Assembly: GCA_012295275.1 (NCBI GenBank)
Contig: CM022667.1
Span: 14,694,001-14,758,000, forward strand
DNA: 64,000 nt
Reading direction: 5' to 3'
Source: Chrysomallon squamiferum
Taxonomy: Eukaryota > Animalia > Mollusca
Part shown: in pieces, positions 1 to 15,000 of the stretch
How positions within the stretch are numbered: position 1 is the first letter of the stretch
How the letters are laid out: every line of letters starts with the position of its first letter
The notes under the pieces: model-generated
What the model saw: only the letters and a program-made list of their open reading frames with translations
Databases searched by the model: none
What the model was told of the DNA's origin: nothing
Program-made: the position numbers and the translations under genes

Positions 1-261
1 GAAAGTTCGAGTTAATTGTGTAAGACGTGCATCTGTCGCTTTCGTTTGTGTCTGTTCGTGTTTCTTCGTTTGTCAGTGTAAACATGTCGTTGAGTGTCTA
101 CTGAATATCTCCGTATCATTTTGTCTGTTTTACTAATGATGATTTGACATTATTATATTATCTCACTTACACGTACGTGCATCTGGACGTATATATATAT
201 ATATAGGTATATATGCACGAAAATATCTGTATTTCTATCCTTTTTATCTGTAAAGTGTGAA

Positions 262-263
<2 letters not shown>

Positions 264-352
<89 letters not shown>
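264..352. repeat. (CT)n microsatellite, representative of dozens of (GA)n, (AAT)n, (TAG)n, (ATC)n, (AAAT)n and (CA)n tracts across the window
   Basis: Seen directly. These tracts generate most of the low-complexity ORFs in the track. Confidence 0.98.
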
Positions 353-353
<1 letters not shown>

Positions 354-395
354 ATCGCCATGGTTTTATTCCTACCTGTGTTTTTATTTGAACAG

Positions 396-732
396 GTAAA
401 GATGTGAGCGGGTTGAAGGCCTTTCAGTGTTCTTCAGACTGGTGGGACCATTCAGCAGTGATTGGTCAGTACTTACCTTTATTTTACCTCACTTTTCACT
501 TACTTACCCTATACTGTATCGATATATCGCTTTTGTCTGTTTAAAATAATATTAGGCAGTTTTATAACTTCAAAAATAGCAGAAAGAAAATTATAATAAC
601 AATACTGGATATACAAACTCTTTCTATTCTGTATCACTTTCTTCTTTTTCTCATTATTATGTTGTTGTAGTTTTTATTATTATTCATGTCTTATCTTTTA
701 AGTTTTTATTATTAAATAAGTGTCTGTGTATG

Positions 733-826
<94 letters not shown>

Positions 827-903
827 GTTTGTCTGGCTGACGATGATGATGATAATGATAATGATAACAATGTAATAACAATCGATAAAAGAATTTGTTG
901 TTG

Positions 904-981
<78 letters not shown>

Positions 982-2055
982 CTATTAATGTTTTAATTTC
1001 TCTTTCAGCTGAGCTTTTATTTCTTCTGTGGGGAGTTCGTCTGTGTATAGTTGTAAGAAAAGCCCCGTCAGAGTTCAATGAAAGCAGATTTATTAGCTGG
1101 GCGATATACAATGAGTTTTTACTCTCACTTTTCCTCAATGTGTCAATGTAAGTACACCCTTAATTATTAACACCTTTCTTTTCTTATTCCATGCATATGT
1201 GTCTAAAGTAAATATTTCAAAGAAATTTTATTATTGACAATAATACAAAATAAGTGCTTATATAATTATGTATATATTAGTTTTCTATTAGTATATATTT
1301 TATTTTGTTTTAGTGTATATAATTAAGTGCTTAATATCACTGAAATATACTTGAAAGCGTATATCTATTTATCAATCAATCCATCTATCTCTCTATCTAT
1401 CTGTGAACATCAGTTTCTAAATAGCATAGGTCTAATATATATCTCTGTCTGTCTGTCTATCTTTTTATCTGTATATATATCTCTATATATATTTATCTAT
1501 ATTTGTGTGTACGTGAGTGTGCGTAAAAACAGTTGCACCCTTTTACAAAGAAAAGTTCATATATGTTCATTTCTGTGTCTAATAATAATTATTTATTATA
1601 TAAGCACGTATTTTGTTTAAGTATGTTTCACTTTTCGCTGACGTATAAAGTCTGGAAAGTCATTGTTATTATTGTACTAAGAACTAGCTGACTGGATATG
1701 AATATGCGTGTGTACGTGCGTACGTGTGCGTAATGTATAACGTCTGCGTGATGTGCGCACGAATTTGAGTGCGCTCGCGAATGTGTGTGTGTTCGGGCCT
1801 ATGTGTGCGCATGTCTGTGTATGCGAAAGTTCAAATATTCAAAATAAATTTCGAAACTTGTGTGTTAATTATTATGATTTTTTTTTTTTTTTCAGGATAT
1901 TTTTAAAAAGCCCTTTTCCAACTAATCCAGACCTTCTGTATCTGGCGCTGTTTATTCACACGCAATTAACTACAACTGTAACATTAGCCTTTCTCTTTGG
2001 TAGTAAGGTATGTGTAATAACGTTATATACGTTCTGTTTGCAGAGAACTACTAGT

Positions 2056-2136
<81 letters not shown>

Positions 2137-2599
2137 CACGCACACACACACTAATATATGATTACCTGATTCTTTTCAGTTTTATGTTGTTTTCAAATAT
2201 CGTGGGAAAGACCAAGGTCAGCAGCAGCAGCAGCAGCAATCCACGATGCTCAGCAGAGGCTCGAAGTACACGATGGGCGCCAACATGTCCACACTGAGCA
2301 ACGTCGACAACTGCTACGGCGACAATGCTGATGCTGCCGAGTGCGAGAGCTTTTTAGAAAAAGATATACAAGTATGTACATGATTAATAAGTAATTAGAA
2401 TTAGTAAATACTACTACAACTACTGCTGCTACTCCTCCTCCTACTACTACTATTACAACTACTACAACTACTACTACTAATAATAATAAAATAAATATAT
2501 CTAAATATATATATATATATATATATGTTACTAGTAATATTAAAGTGCTTATAGGCATATAGAAAAAACATATTCACGTTAATAATAATAGTAGTAGTA

Positions 2600-2638
<39 letters not shown>

Positions 2639-2888
2639 GAATAAATAAATACAATTTACCTTTGAAGTAATATTTGATTAAAACATAAGTCTCTGCATTA
2701 CAAACGTTTCATGACGTCAAAGTATTGTTTTTACGTCACAACGTTAATTTAAGGCCGTATTCGTTTAACGAGACACTGCACTCGGTTATAGTGAGTATTT
2801 GTGTGTTTATATATTTGTCTGTTTAATGTGTATTTATACAAATGTACATTTATCTGTTCATATAAAAAACATGGTGAATAAAATATCA

Positions 2889-2949
<61 letters not shown>

Positions 2950-3265
2950 AGCACGCCATTCATTGTAATAACATGTCTAAGTATCGTTTTTCCTACACAG
3001 TCGTTTAAGACAGAAATTACTATTCTCCAACATACAGATTCCCGTTGTTTTTCAGGAGGAGTTTAGACGGCTGTACACTCAACTGGAGCTGCTGAAGCAG
3101 AGAAACATGAAGCTTGGAAATCGTCATCTGCAGCACAAACTCTCGGACATGATCGAGGCGGCTCAGAAAGACGATTTGCCGGACTCCTCTCCCTCAACGC
3201 CCAACTTGAACGGCAAACGAATAGTTATAAACTTAGACGATTACCACGAATCAACGAACGTTTAG
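396..3265 (+). CDS. GPR158: GPR158/GPR179-like class C orphan GPCR, last 5 coding exons (5' part outside window)
   Basis: Phase-consistent GT-AG exons 396-464, 1009-1147, 1896-2007, 2180-2371, 3056-3265. They translate to [50 protein letters not shown]...PDLLYLALFIHTQLTTTVTLAFLFGSK...DIQEEFRRLYTQLELLKQRNMKLGNRHL...STNV*. This matches the recalled GPR158-family TM5-7 motifs and the C-tail coiled coil. Confidence 0.88.
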
Positions 3266-3293
3266 CATCGCCCTTCTACTTAAACTGTGCCAA

Positions 3294-3326
<33 letters not shown>

Positions 3327-5391
3327 AAATGTTGTAGAGTTTGTGATGAAGAATTGTGTATTTTGTTTGTTAGCATATTTGATGAAGGATTGTAAAAAAA
3401 TATTTGTTTAGATGTTCTACAGGTAACTGTGTATTTGCTTATTTAAATATTGTTTGGAGAATTTATTTATTTATTTATTTATTCATTTATTTATTTTGTT
3501 ATTTATTTATTTTTAAAATTAGTAATTAGAGGGTTTATTTATTTATTTGTTTATTTATTGGAATACACTTCTTGATCTCTAAATACCAGATTTTCTTCTT
3601 CTTCTATTTATATTTCTTCCTTTTTTTTTTTTTTTTTTTTTTTACTTTTTTTTGTTATTTTCTTTATGATAGTGACTGTTTAGAATGTAATTCGATTCGT
3701 GAAGAACTGGTAATATTGCTGAACTTTGGTTAGGAAGCAAAATTACAACGAAGGTAGATTTACCTGGTAAGTTTCATTACATAAAACATTTTGAACTGAC
3801 CACAAAGTGTACAGCCATAACAACTGTACTTGAACATTTTTTCACATCTACAACAAATAAAAACAACTTTACGAATACGAAGAAAAGAGAAAGCGTTAAA
3901 AACACAAACAAATCTGAGTATATTTAAGAAATAATTGTTACCTCACTGTCACGTCTTTGGTTTAGAACGCATGCCTATAACATGCGTGCTTGAACCACGA
4001 TACAGTCTTACGGTACTTTCCTGGCTTGACGCTGACTGGAATATTCTGGATTAACTGACTACGTAAAAACACGATGTCCATTCATATTATTGTGTGTGTA
4101 TGTGTATGTGTGTGGGTGTGTATGTGTATGTGTGTATGTGTGCATATGTAAATACTGGACGTGGAATAGCTGTATAATTTAAGTATTATTTATTAAAGGT
4201 TACGACATCAAATCGTAAGCAAGGTATGTTAAAAATAAAATCTATGTATTTGTGTAAATGTACGTACGGCTCTTAGATATGTAAATACGAGATTTTTATG
4301 TGACTGTCAGCAAGGAACTTATGAATATCACGTTCATCTCAAAAACAATGTGTATATATACATTCATATATATATATATATATATATAAATGGATGTGAG
4401 AAAAAAAAAAAAAAAACCATCTTTACGCCTGGTAATACAGAATGCATGTTATTTAGGTTCATAGGCTTAATCATTATGTATATATGATTTGAAATATTAT
4501 TTAACTATGATGGTATGAAATATGCATAATTATGATTTATAGGTTTTAATGACGAAGTTAATATTTATATGGTGAATGTACGGAAGATATGTTCTGTCTG
4601 TCTAGAGAGGTAAAAAGAGAAGGGGGAAAAAACAACAAAGAAATGTACACAGAAATCAATTTTAGTGTTTTCTTATTTATGCAATGTGAGAGAAACATCG
4701 GTAGTAACAACTATTCGTCCAGTAGGAATAAATTAATAAATAAAATAAAGTTAAAACAAACACTAGTTTATGCTTTCTTGAACGATGATACAACTTAGTT
4801 GTAATGTGTGTAATTTCGGTAAGTAATGAAAAGTTATTCATTGTCTGTTTAAGGTTTCGGTAGACCATGATGAACTTGTTAATACTTAGATCATGATAAA
4901 ATCAGAAGTTTCGAAGCTGTGCTGCAGTAACAATAAAATTATTGTCAGAAGTAGTAATAAATTGTTATTTTTTGTACCTGAACCATATACAAAAAAAAAA
5001 ATTCTGATGTTGAAATCGATATCTATCAGCCGACAGTTTCAGTAAGAAATGACCACGGTATGATAAAACTGCTGATTATCAGCATATATATTATTATTGT
5101 AAATACCATTTCCTTGTCACCACAAATTATGAAAAAAAACAAAAAAAAACACGAACATTTATTTACCTGTTCGTCGTAAAACAGTTATTTAATGGCCGAG
5201 GGCGTATTCTGTTTGGGTTGGGACAGCAAGTCATGTGAACCGAGTTTACAGAAATCTACCTACATGTTATTTGTAGAATAATGACAATCCAGTTAATAGC
5301 TGAAAATATTTGCGAACGGGACTACCTACGCTCGGCCCAAACTTTAAATATGCCATTTTTTATTACCAACACACGGTTCAATAAACAATGA

Positions 5392-5433
<42 letters not shown>

Positions 5434-5872
5434 AAGCAAATACACTCTCTCGGTGATTATAGAATCACATAACAAGGCTTTAACAAGTCAGTTGTGACTG
5501 AATCAGGAAACTGGCAGAAATAGCGAATAGTTTACCTTGTCTTCATATCCAGGAACAGTCCCAAAACAATTAAAAAAACCTAATTATTCGGTTGTAGTTT
5601 TAGAAAGTAAAGAAAAAAAATAAAAAAAAAAAAAAAGTTTCCTTTTCATGCTGTTGCCGAACACTGATAAAACTCTTTATTGACCCGTTTATCGTTTAAG
5701 ATGCTGATCATAAAATATTTATTAATCACTCTACGGTCAGTAATATTAAATAATTAGCTACCAGTTTTTGCTTTTACAGAAGAAAAACCGAGTTATCAGT
5801 AGTCTCTTCATGATGTATTATGATTGTTACCAGTTTCTATAAATAATTATAAAACAATTAAGTACCTTATTT

Positions 5873-5905
<33 letters not shown>

Positions 5906-6087
5906 GTTTTCAGTTAATCTGTTGAGAGATTAGCGTTGTTTATAATCAAACTGTTTGTACAATGTTTCATTTCTGCATGGTTTTCACTTATTAACAAGAA
6001 TTTGCAATAAAATCACTTGATTTTGTTCTCTAATGTTGTTTTTGTAGCAATAATCATGTCTGACTAAAGGTTATCTAGTAGTTTGAT

Positions 6088-6169
<82 letters not shown>

Positions 6170-8435
6170 TTTCTCGCCATATATACAGTGAGTATATTAC
6201 TTGTGTTTCTATTACTAAGCTTTTCAATATCTCTACGACCAGCATAACTGACACAATAAATTTAACTATACTGATTAGAAAATTGTTAGAAGAGCGATAG
6301 AAACCAAACATAAATAAATAAAACCCAGTAGAAGTATATTAAACGTGGGATCGTCAGAGTCCCAATATCACCCACAGTTTGAATTATGGCCAGACTATTC
6401 AGCAGTAAAAAGCGATTTCGAATCTTGAAAACTGATTTAAATTAAGTCGGAGAAACTGAAGATGAAGCAGCCGAATTCGCATCTCCGAGATCTTTTCCAA
6501 TAAACGGAAATGTAATCGCGAAATTTATCTTAAATTTCCATGAAATATTGTTTCCATACATCAAGTTCATCTCTGAGATTTTGCCTCAAAAGAAAGATAT
6601 CATAAATGATCTTTGATGATTTAATGCATCACGAAGGAAGAACAAAATATGAAAGTGTTTCCGTATTATCAATAACATTTATAATGGAAGCTTCTGAAAA
6701 CGCGAAAGTCGAAATAATATTTCTGTAGCTTTGGTCTGATATTAAATGTTTTTATTCTTTATTTTTTCTTTTCTTTTCCTTCTTTTAAACCGATCGTGCT
6801 CAGAACGTTAGGAAATGGTTTCGTTGAGGAAATAACGAAGAATTTTCTGTTTTATTACTTTTTTATTTATTTAAATATTATTTCAGACTTTTTTTTAATC
6901 TACGATTACAAATATATGGTTATTAAACGGAACAAACTGCTAATGAAAAATATAACTAGCTTTCAACATATACCTTTTCGATCACAAGCAAGTAATATTT
7001 TTTTTTTAATGAATATTCCAATAGACAAATATATCTTTGACTTTGCTTATGACAGGAAACAGTCTAATAGGCGAACTGCAAAGGTTTGATCCTACAACCA
7101 AAATTGATAGGGAAAGCATGTTCATCGGTTACACCCAATATATATACACCAGTCCCAGACCATTTATCCAAATAGGCTTGAAAACCGAAGGTTACTCGAA
7201 TTTCTTGATTTCTTGGCTTTCTATCTACCTATCTGTCTATCTATTCACATCCACACCCACACCCACACAACAGGTGTGTGTGTGTGCGCGTGCGCGCGCG
7301 TGTGTGTATTTATATATATAAATCTAGAAATGTGAAGAGTAATGAACAAAACTGTAGTAAACAGACACGACATCATACACTTCTCAAAACCAGGTTTCTG
7401 AAAACTCCGATTTTTAGGAAAAATATCCTGGTATCTCTCTACCACCTCAGTTTTTAACCTAACAGTACTTTTCATTCTTTATAACAAAACTCATTACATC
7501 TTAAAATTATAGCATTATACTATTACGACGAAAACATTTTTTTTCCATTTATACAAATCATGGATCTGTTCACAGAAAAAAAGATAACACGACCCGTTAG
7601 CACATAAAACAAGACTGACATGCCAAGCTGCACAGGAAACTGAATACAATACGAACTAAAAGCACTCTGAAGGGGACTTTAATCCCTGTTTTTGCGAAGA
7701 TTTAGGACTGTGTAAGTAAGACTGATGAGCTCACCTATAAAGAACACGTAGATAAACCAGTGAGTTCTCACAAGAGATCGATGTAATCCCCTGTCTAGGT
7801 AACAAAGTATTTCTAGTACATCAGGGTTTAGTCAAATCCTTGTTGTTTTTTTCAAAATGTGCTTTATTTTGTGTTTAAATAATGGTACCAGTAAAACGAC
7901 TAGAAAACAACAAACAGCGACATATGCTCTCAATCGTACATCTGCAAAACACGTAAAAACATATATTACATGCCTACCTATGCGCACACACACTTGTAAA
8001 CAGACTCGTATACACAAAGCATACACACAACATGCTTATCAAAGGATCGTGCTTTCGTCGTTGAAAGATAAAGTATTTGTAAATTAATTACGGTTATAAG
8101 AACAGACTATATTATAGCAATAGTCGACTGTCTATCTTATCGTGATTTTTAAATAGTATTAATTCACAAAAATGATACATATGTATGCACGAATGAACAC
8201 TAAATATTATAAGTAAACGCATGTAAAAAGCAAATTAGAGATGACGCAAGTGCATGTTAGTGATATATTACAATATACTGTACAAATAAGTAATTAAGTA
8301 AATAAATCAATAAATAAATCAATAAATAAAGAAAGAAAGAAAGAAAGACAGACAGACAGACAGACAGACAGAATAAACGTCCAAGAAAAATGGATTAAAT
8401 TTAAAACCAAATCCAACTTTTTTTTCTTCATATGA

Positions 8436-8624
8436 CTATATCCAGAGGGAGGGATGGTCAGAACGAGCTAATCTCATCCTCGCCACCTCACTAAATTCTT
8501 TCTTTTTTTCAACCATTGTTCTCATTTCCCCCCCCCCACACACACACACACATTTCATTTTTAAAGGTTGCATCAACTTTACAGACTGAGTTCCCACCCT
8601 CCTGGAATCCTGGATCCGTTCCTG
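8436..8624. mobile_element. Decayed MITE-like element (CAGGGGCGGATCCAG-type ends)
   Basis: The right end cctggatccgttcctg and left end atccagagggaggg resemble the termini of a common invertebrate non-autonomous DNA element. Both ends are degraded. Confidence 0.3.
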
Positions 8625-9128
8625 ATTAACAAAGCCACTTTTTGAAGTCTTCCAGACACTGGAGCCAGACGAAAGATGGATAGTTTTACGAGATTATTTC
8701 CCTTTGATACCAAGGATCCGATTCCAAACACATTTGACTGATGACTAAGATTTCTACAGAAACGATGACTTAATTCCTTGTGAGCTTTAGAACTATAATT
8801 AGCGTTAAGAATTTCAGTTTGTCAAGAACCCTCGCCTGGATTTATTGATACACAGTGTCTGCGTGGAAATCTTTACGACTGCTTTTATCAATGTAACTTT
8901 AATCATCAGTGTTTTGTTATTAAATGTTTAGCCACAAACATATTTTCATCTTCACCTTTAATTCTGTACTTACATATGATTTTATAGTATATATATATGT
9001 CTGTGTGTATAAAAAATGAATGTGTATTTATGTATGTATGTATGTATATGCACAAAATAAATAATTTAATAAATTAATTCATTACTATTATTATTATTAT
9101 TATTATTGTGTCTGTGTATGAATGAGTG

Positions 9129-9179
<51 letters not shown>

Positions 9180-9449
9180 AATAAACTACATCTGTCTATC
9201 AAAACTATAAATAAGGTTGGGACGACTGGTGAACAGTTTTATCTCTAAACAACACGTCAGATTTGGACAAGTTACGAGTAAGTTACTGTGTTTCAGTCTA
9301 TTTTATGATTTATCTACGTTAAGGGTTCCCCTCTAGACAGCAAAATTAAAATATGAGTGACATATGTCACTGTGCATTGATTGGAATAAAGTATCATTCT
9401 AATTTAGGCCCTACAAATAAATAAAGTCACGAATTCATAAGGTATGGTT

Positions 9450-9489
<40 letters not shown>

Positions 9490-9931
9490 TGTTGGTCGTT
9501 AATGTTTTAGTAAAATTAATCTTTCATAGTTATTTTCAATGTTATCAGCATAGTTCTTGCTCCAAACACAGCTTGATCGTAAGAACGAAAAGACAAAGAG
9601 GAAATAAAATGAACAAACAAACAGATAAATACAGTAATAATAACGTAGTGAATAAAAAATAAAATAAAATAAAGTAAATAAATAAAAAAAATAAAATAAA
9701 ATAAATACTAATGAAGAGTAGACTTGATGTAAACATCAGGGCATAATGAAGATGAATTATTAATATTAAAACGTCAGAGTATTGTTTACGTCATCAGTAT
9801 TGCACAAATTGAGTCATAATAAAATGTAAGATACAATATAGAGTTTCAATGCAGATCATCAACATCATCATCATCATCATAACCGTACGTATCATTTTAT
9901 TGACACAAGAAAATAAATTCTTTGTAAATTT

Positions 9932-9966
<35 letters not shown>

Positions 9967-11794
9967 AAAAAAGACAAATAACTAAATATATCTCTCCTAA
10001 GTAACAGATAACAAAATGCTTTCAGTTCAGTTATATACGATACGAAGTATTATTATTATTATTATTATTAATTTTTATTTTTGTAATGTTTCTATGTTTC
10101 TATAAAATACGGTCAGTAATGGTTTTCAGTAGACTTTGAAACATTTATTGGAGACTCAGTCTTTTTCTCTTTTTTTCTTCACATACTGAGTCTACTTACT
10201 GACTTCGTGAAACGAGTCATGTTAGCTCTTTGCACGTTTAAAATTATTATTACAAAATTAGAAATGTGGATTCTTAAATATTATAAAACAGAATTTTCTC
10301 ATTGTCCGAAAACATGTTGTGGTTGGATATACTGGTTATAATGACAATAAATATCTTTCTGCGGATATTTGACAAAACATGTTTGCCACTGGGGCCGTAA
10401 AAAAATGAGGTATGTAGACAGTAGTTACAGGAATGTTCACACACACACACACACGCACACACACACACACAGACACATACCCTCTACATTACTTCGTAAT
10501 TCCTACTGGAAACATCCTACAATTTGGTTCTCTAACTCTGAAAAGAGTATGATGAACGAGAAATAAGTAAAAAAAATGTAAATATAAATAAATAAATAAA
10601 TAAAATCAAATAAAAATTATACTTGAAAAGAGAATTTGGAAAAATCTTACTTTCCCACACTTTTAATAATAACCGCAACGATCACAATAATATAAGAAAG
10701 ATGTTGTATTATTATTCGTACTTTGTTGTTTACAACTCATTTCTGGCAGTTTCCGTCGATATTTTAGTAGCTGAATAAACAAAGACTATTGAATAATATT
10801 GGATAACATTACATCTCAGATAGTAGTAAAAAGTAACATTGTAATAAAGCGGCAGGTTACATTCGAATATATATTTAGTTACATAGCAAACACAGTCAGT
10901 AACACATTTCTTTCACACAAGCTACATATCCGAATTTCCTTTTTCTACTATTTCTTCTTTCCTCATGGAAAGAAGATCAAAAATTCGGTTTATCAAATTA
11001 AATTCGCATTTCGAAGGTGCGAATTTTTCCCATAGACAGGAAGTTTGATGTTCATACCACACAATGCATCCATTTAAGCGAGAAATTAATACCATTGCTA
11101 AATAATTCACTCAAGGTGTTTTGAATTCATAATATTATCTTAGGGTAAATTAAAAAACAAATTCTTAATAGGAGCTAAAATGATTAAAGTATTTAAAATA
11201 GATATGTACTTGCAATTTATTGCTTTCGAACTCTTGTCAACATTTTTAATCTTTTTCAAAATACAAAATAAAGATTTTATTATTGTGTATCAGTCTTTTT
11301 TCTATTTCCGTTACCTTAGAATATTCGGAAATAACATATCTAATGAAATGGATTATCTCCCATTAGTCATACGCTTATTTGTCACACAGTTTATAATAAC
11401 ATATGGCAAGGTTTGGTGCAAACTTAATCCTCTGCCCGTTACCCGGATAAAAATGGTATGATCCCACATTGTTTTATATTCTATGACTACCGGCGATAAA
11501 TAAATGAAAGAAAGGCTTATAATTATTTTTATATTTTATTTCATCGAGCACACATCTGTAGACTTGCATTTTAATTTAGAGCATTATAATTTGGTAAATG
11601 CACATGAAAATTACAGTGTCAAGTCGTTTACACTTATTGTCCCTTGATCACTTAAGCAAGTTTCAGTAGATAGCCTACAGCATCTAATGTTCATGTGCAC
11701 TTAACAAATTATAGTGATTTAAACTCTTACAATGCTTCACTTTATATGAATGTTCTTTACGGAATTTTTTTTAAAAAATAAAATAAAATTAAAA

Positions 11795-11840
<46 letters not shown>

Positions 11841-11873
11841 AATAAATAAAAATAAAAGTAATGTTTGATTTCT

Positions 11874-12036
11874 TTCCACGATTATTCCATTCCTGTTGGA
11901 AACGAAATCAAAAAGAATAATTTGCACTACTCACTGGCATTTCAAGCTGCAAACGTTCCACGATTATTCCTTTCCCAGAGGAAAGGAAATCAAAAGAATA
12001 ATGCGCACTATGCACTTGCATTTCAAGTTGCAAATG
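11874..12036 (+). repeat. Two-copy diverged tandem duplication, ~82 bp unit
   Basis: ttccacgattattcc...gaaatcaaaa(a)gaataat..gcacta..cact.gcatttcaag.tgcaaa occurs at 11874-11955 and 11956-12036. Confidence 0.85.
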
Positions 12037-15000
12037 CAGGCGACCTATGTTTGATTGCTCTAAACCACTGATGCTGCAATGCTTTCAGGAGCGACTATAA
12101 ATCAACAACTGGACGAAGTTCATCTATCGCTTTTGAATATTATTTATATTAAATAGAATTTAAAAATTATTTTACAGAAAAATTGTAATATTTTAAGTTA
12201 TTCTTGTTTAATTTTTTAAGTGTGCATATTATTTCTTTCTAAGGTAATACAACTATTTTAAGCTTTAAAATATTTTTATTAAGGTTTGAAATGTAGTGAA
12301 GTTATTGTATCTATTTCCCATATGATCCTAATTTCGTAATGTTATAATCGATGAAACTTACTAAATGAAAAACAAGATTTTAAGGTTGTACCTTAATATC
12401 GCATTAATTGTTTTGACAAATATATATTTGAAAGATACGTAACTATAAAAAATATGTTTACAATTTACCTTGTATTTACACAATATTTTAACATAGAATT
12501 TTTTGTTTATTAATATTATTTTTTAATTATTATTATTTTGATGTGTTAATAAATGTTTCTCACTCAGTGATTCAGTTACTTTTATATATTTTTGACATTT
12601 ATTTATTATCTCTGATTTTAGTAACTGAAAGAAAATAAAAAATATATAAATAAATATATAAATAAATCCCAAATATGAAGACATAAAAATCATTTAATCC
12701 TGCCATTTTTTTATTTCTTGTATATGTAAACATTTATTAAAATTAAATTTAAATGTACCTATTTTTTAAACAGACACATATGATGCAGAAAGCTTTAACT
12801 GACAAACGTTCATCATTTCATTAAAAAAAAATTCAGGGCACACCTCTTCAGAAACCATTTTTATTTATATTATTACAAATAGTACATTGTAAATCACAAA
12901 AAATAATTTTGTACCAATAAAATATATTATCTGAAAAAAAGTCTGTAACACAAACAAAACACCCACATTAAAAAAAGAAAAAAATTACTGTGCACATTAA
13001 ATAATAATTAAAAATGAGAAATAAAATAAGTACTAATATTTGTCTTTTTAAAGGTGGATTAACAAATATTGAAATAAATAATATAGGAATTTTCCTTTAT
13101 AATATGAAAAAATATACTATCATATGTAACATACCAGATAAAATATAAAATAATTAAAATTATTCTTAACGATAAAACACAATAACTTGACAGCTTTTTC
13201 AGACAAAATATTGTTTGATTTACTTTAAAACTTTATTATCAGACCCTGCTGAAATTGTATACATCAAAAATTTGTTTTCCTTAAATAAAGATTTTCCATC
13301 AATAAAATACTGGATTGGAATCAGTTTTTGCCATAGGTGGCTTTTGAGCAAATGATTTTGTTTCAGATGTGACTGAAGTATGTAACAATTTTATATTCTG
13401 AAACATGGAACAAAATGGCACATGTAGCTTGAATAAATCTGTACCTATATCTAAATAGTTTTTGAATTTCACTTAAAAACCCATTAAGAGCCTTTGTTCC
13501 AACCCAGTATTTTATGTGTTTCATCACCAAATCCAAACCCTGTTATTTTGTGCGATTGTTTTTATTTTTTGAGACAACCTAAGCAAGAAGCCCACTTAAC
13601 TTTCTGCAATATAGTGATTTAAACCAGTTTTTCTTGTCCATTAATTTTTCAACATATTTCATAGAACCTTTCTGAGTGGAGCCCCAAGAATAAATTTTAT
13701 ACCATGATAGAAGTATGATAAATTATGTGATGCAGTTATAATCATTATATGTCATAAATATATAGCTTTTGCTGTCTTAGAGTCTTGCAAGACATAACTA
13801 TACCTCTCCCAGTTAAGAATCAGTCATAATCTCTATCCCACAATGAAATATAGTGACAAAGAAAAAAATTCCAGCTTGTTATTCATATTTGATGTGGACC
13901 AATGAAAAGATGACAAAAAGTAATCAGAATAAACAACTGTTATTTTCATCCATTATGCTTATACTGTTTCAGAATTCATATTTGGATGAAAGAAAACAAA
14001 GTAAAAAATAATGCTTATTTAAAGCAAACATACATATACTTTCATCAGTTATGTTAAAATTATTTCACAATTCGTATTAATAAAGGTTTTGATGTGTAAA
14101 GATTTTATGATTGTTTGCAGTCATACTTTAAAAATGTATTTTATATCATTTGTAGATCACAAATAAGTATGTTGAGATATAAAACATATGGTATTATAAC
14201 CTATATACATTTCTGTTGTAAATATTCTTGAACGGGCTGCATACAAAACCAAAGATTATTATTGGTAGCAAACATCAATCAAAAACATTTGACATCTAAA
14301 TATGATCTCTTATCATTTTTGATGTATACTAGAATGGATGTTATTGCAGGCAGTTGTGAAGAATACTAAAATGTATCTTATGTAATACTTCTATAATACT
14401 AAAATGACACCACAAAATGAAAATGTGTAGGTTATTGAGGGTTTTTTCTTTCATCCACATAACCTGAAGTGAAGAATATATATTTTACCATAAATTACCA
14501 AAACATCTAATGACATCGATATTCCTGTTGTCAAAAATTTTCATACAAACTATTGTATTTTTAAGGTGAGCAACAATATTTTATGTTTGTCATAATTCAC
14601 TTAGGGAGCATCAAACATCCCCCCCCCACACACACATACACAAAGACATTTTCCATGCATAGCCATTGCAAAAAACAAGCAAAATAATGAAATGCACATT
14701 ACTCTTAAGTACATTTCCCATTACAAATGATATTATATGGATTTCAAAACATTGATGTTTTATTTATATACAGATGTAGTTATAAGTAACTAGCATTCAA
14801 GTTGCACCTCATTAAAAATTCACAAAAGAAATAATAAGAAACTGACACATTCTAAAAGGTTAATAATAAAAAGAATAATAATAAAACAATGTTAAAAAAA
14901 TGATAATAAAAAATTCTTCTACCATTATTATTTTGTTTGTTTCACCCTTAGGGTTTTAAATCTTTTTGTATATATTACTAAAATAAATAAATGAAGATAA

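Noticed and set aside
5194-5337. Short imperfect inverted ends ggccgagggcgta / tacgctcggcc
   Set aside because: Probably a decayed MITE, but the arms are too short to support a call.
7722-7775. CTGATGA followed by a short stem, like a hammerhead ribozyme core
   Set aside because: No GAAA follows stem II, and I found no stem I or III.
11000-11026. 27-nt hairpin aaattcgcatttcgaaggtgcgaattt
   Set aside because: It is isolated, and no element ends or RNA gene context could be found.
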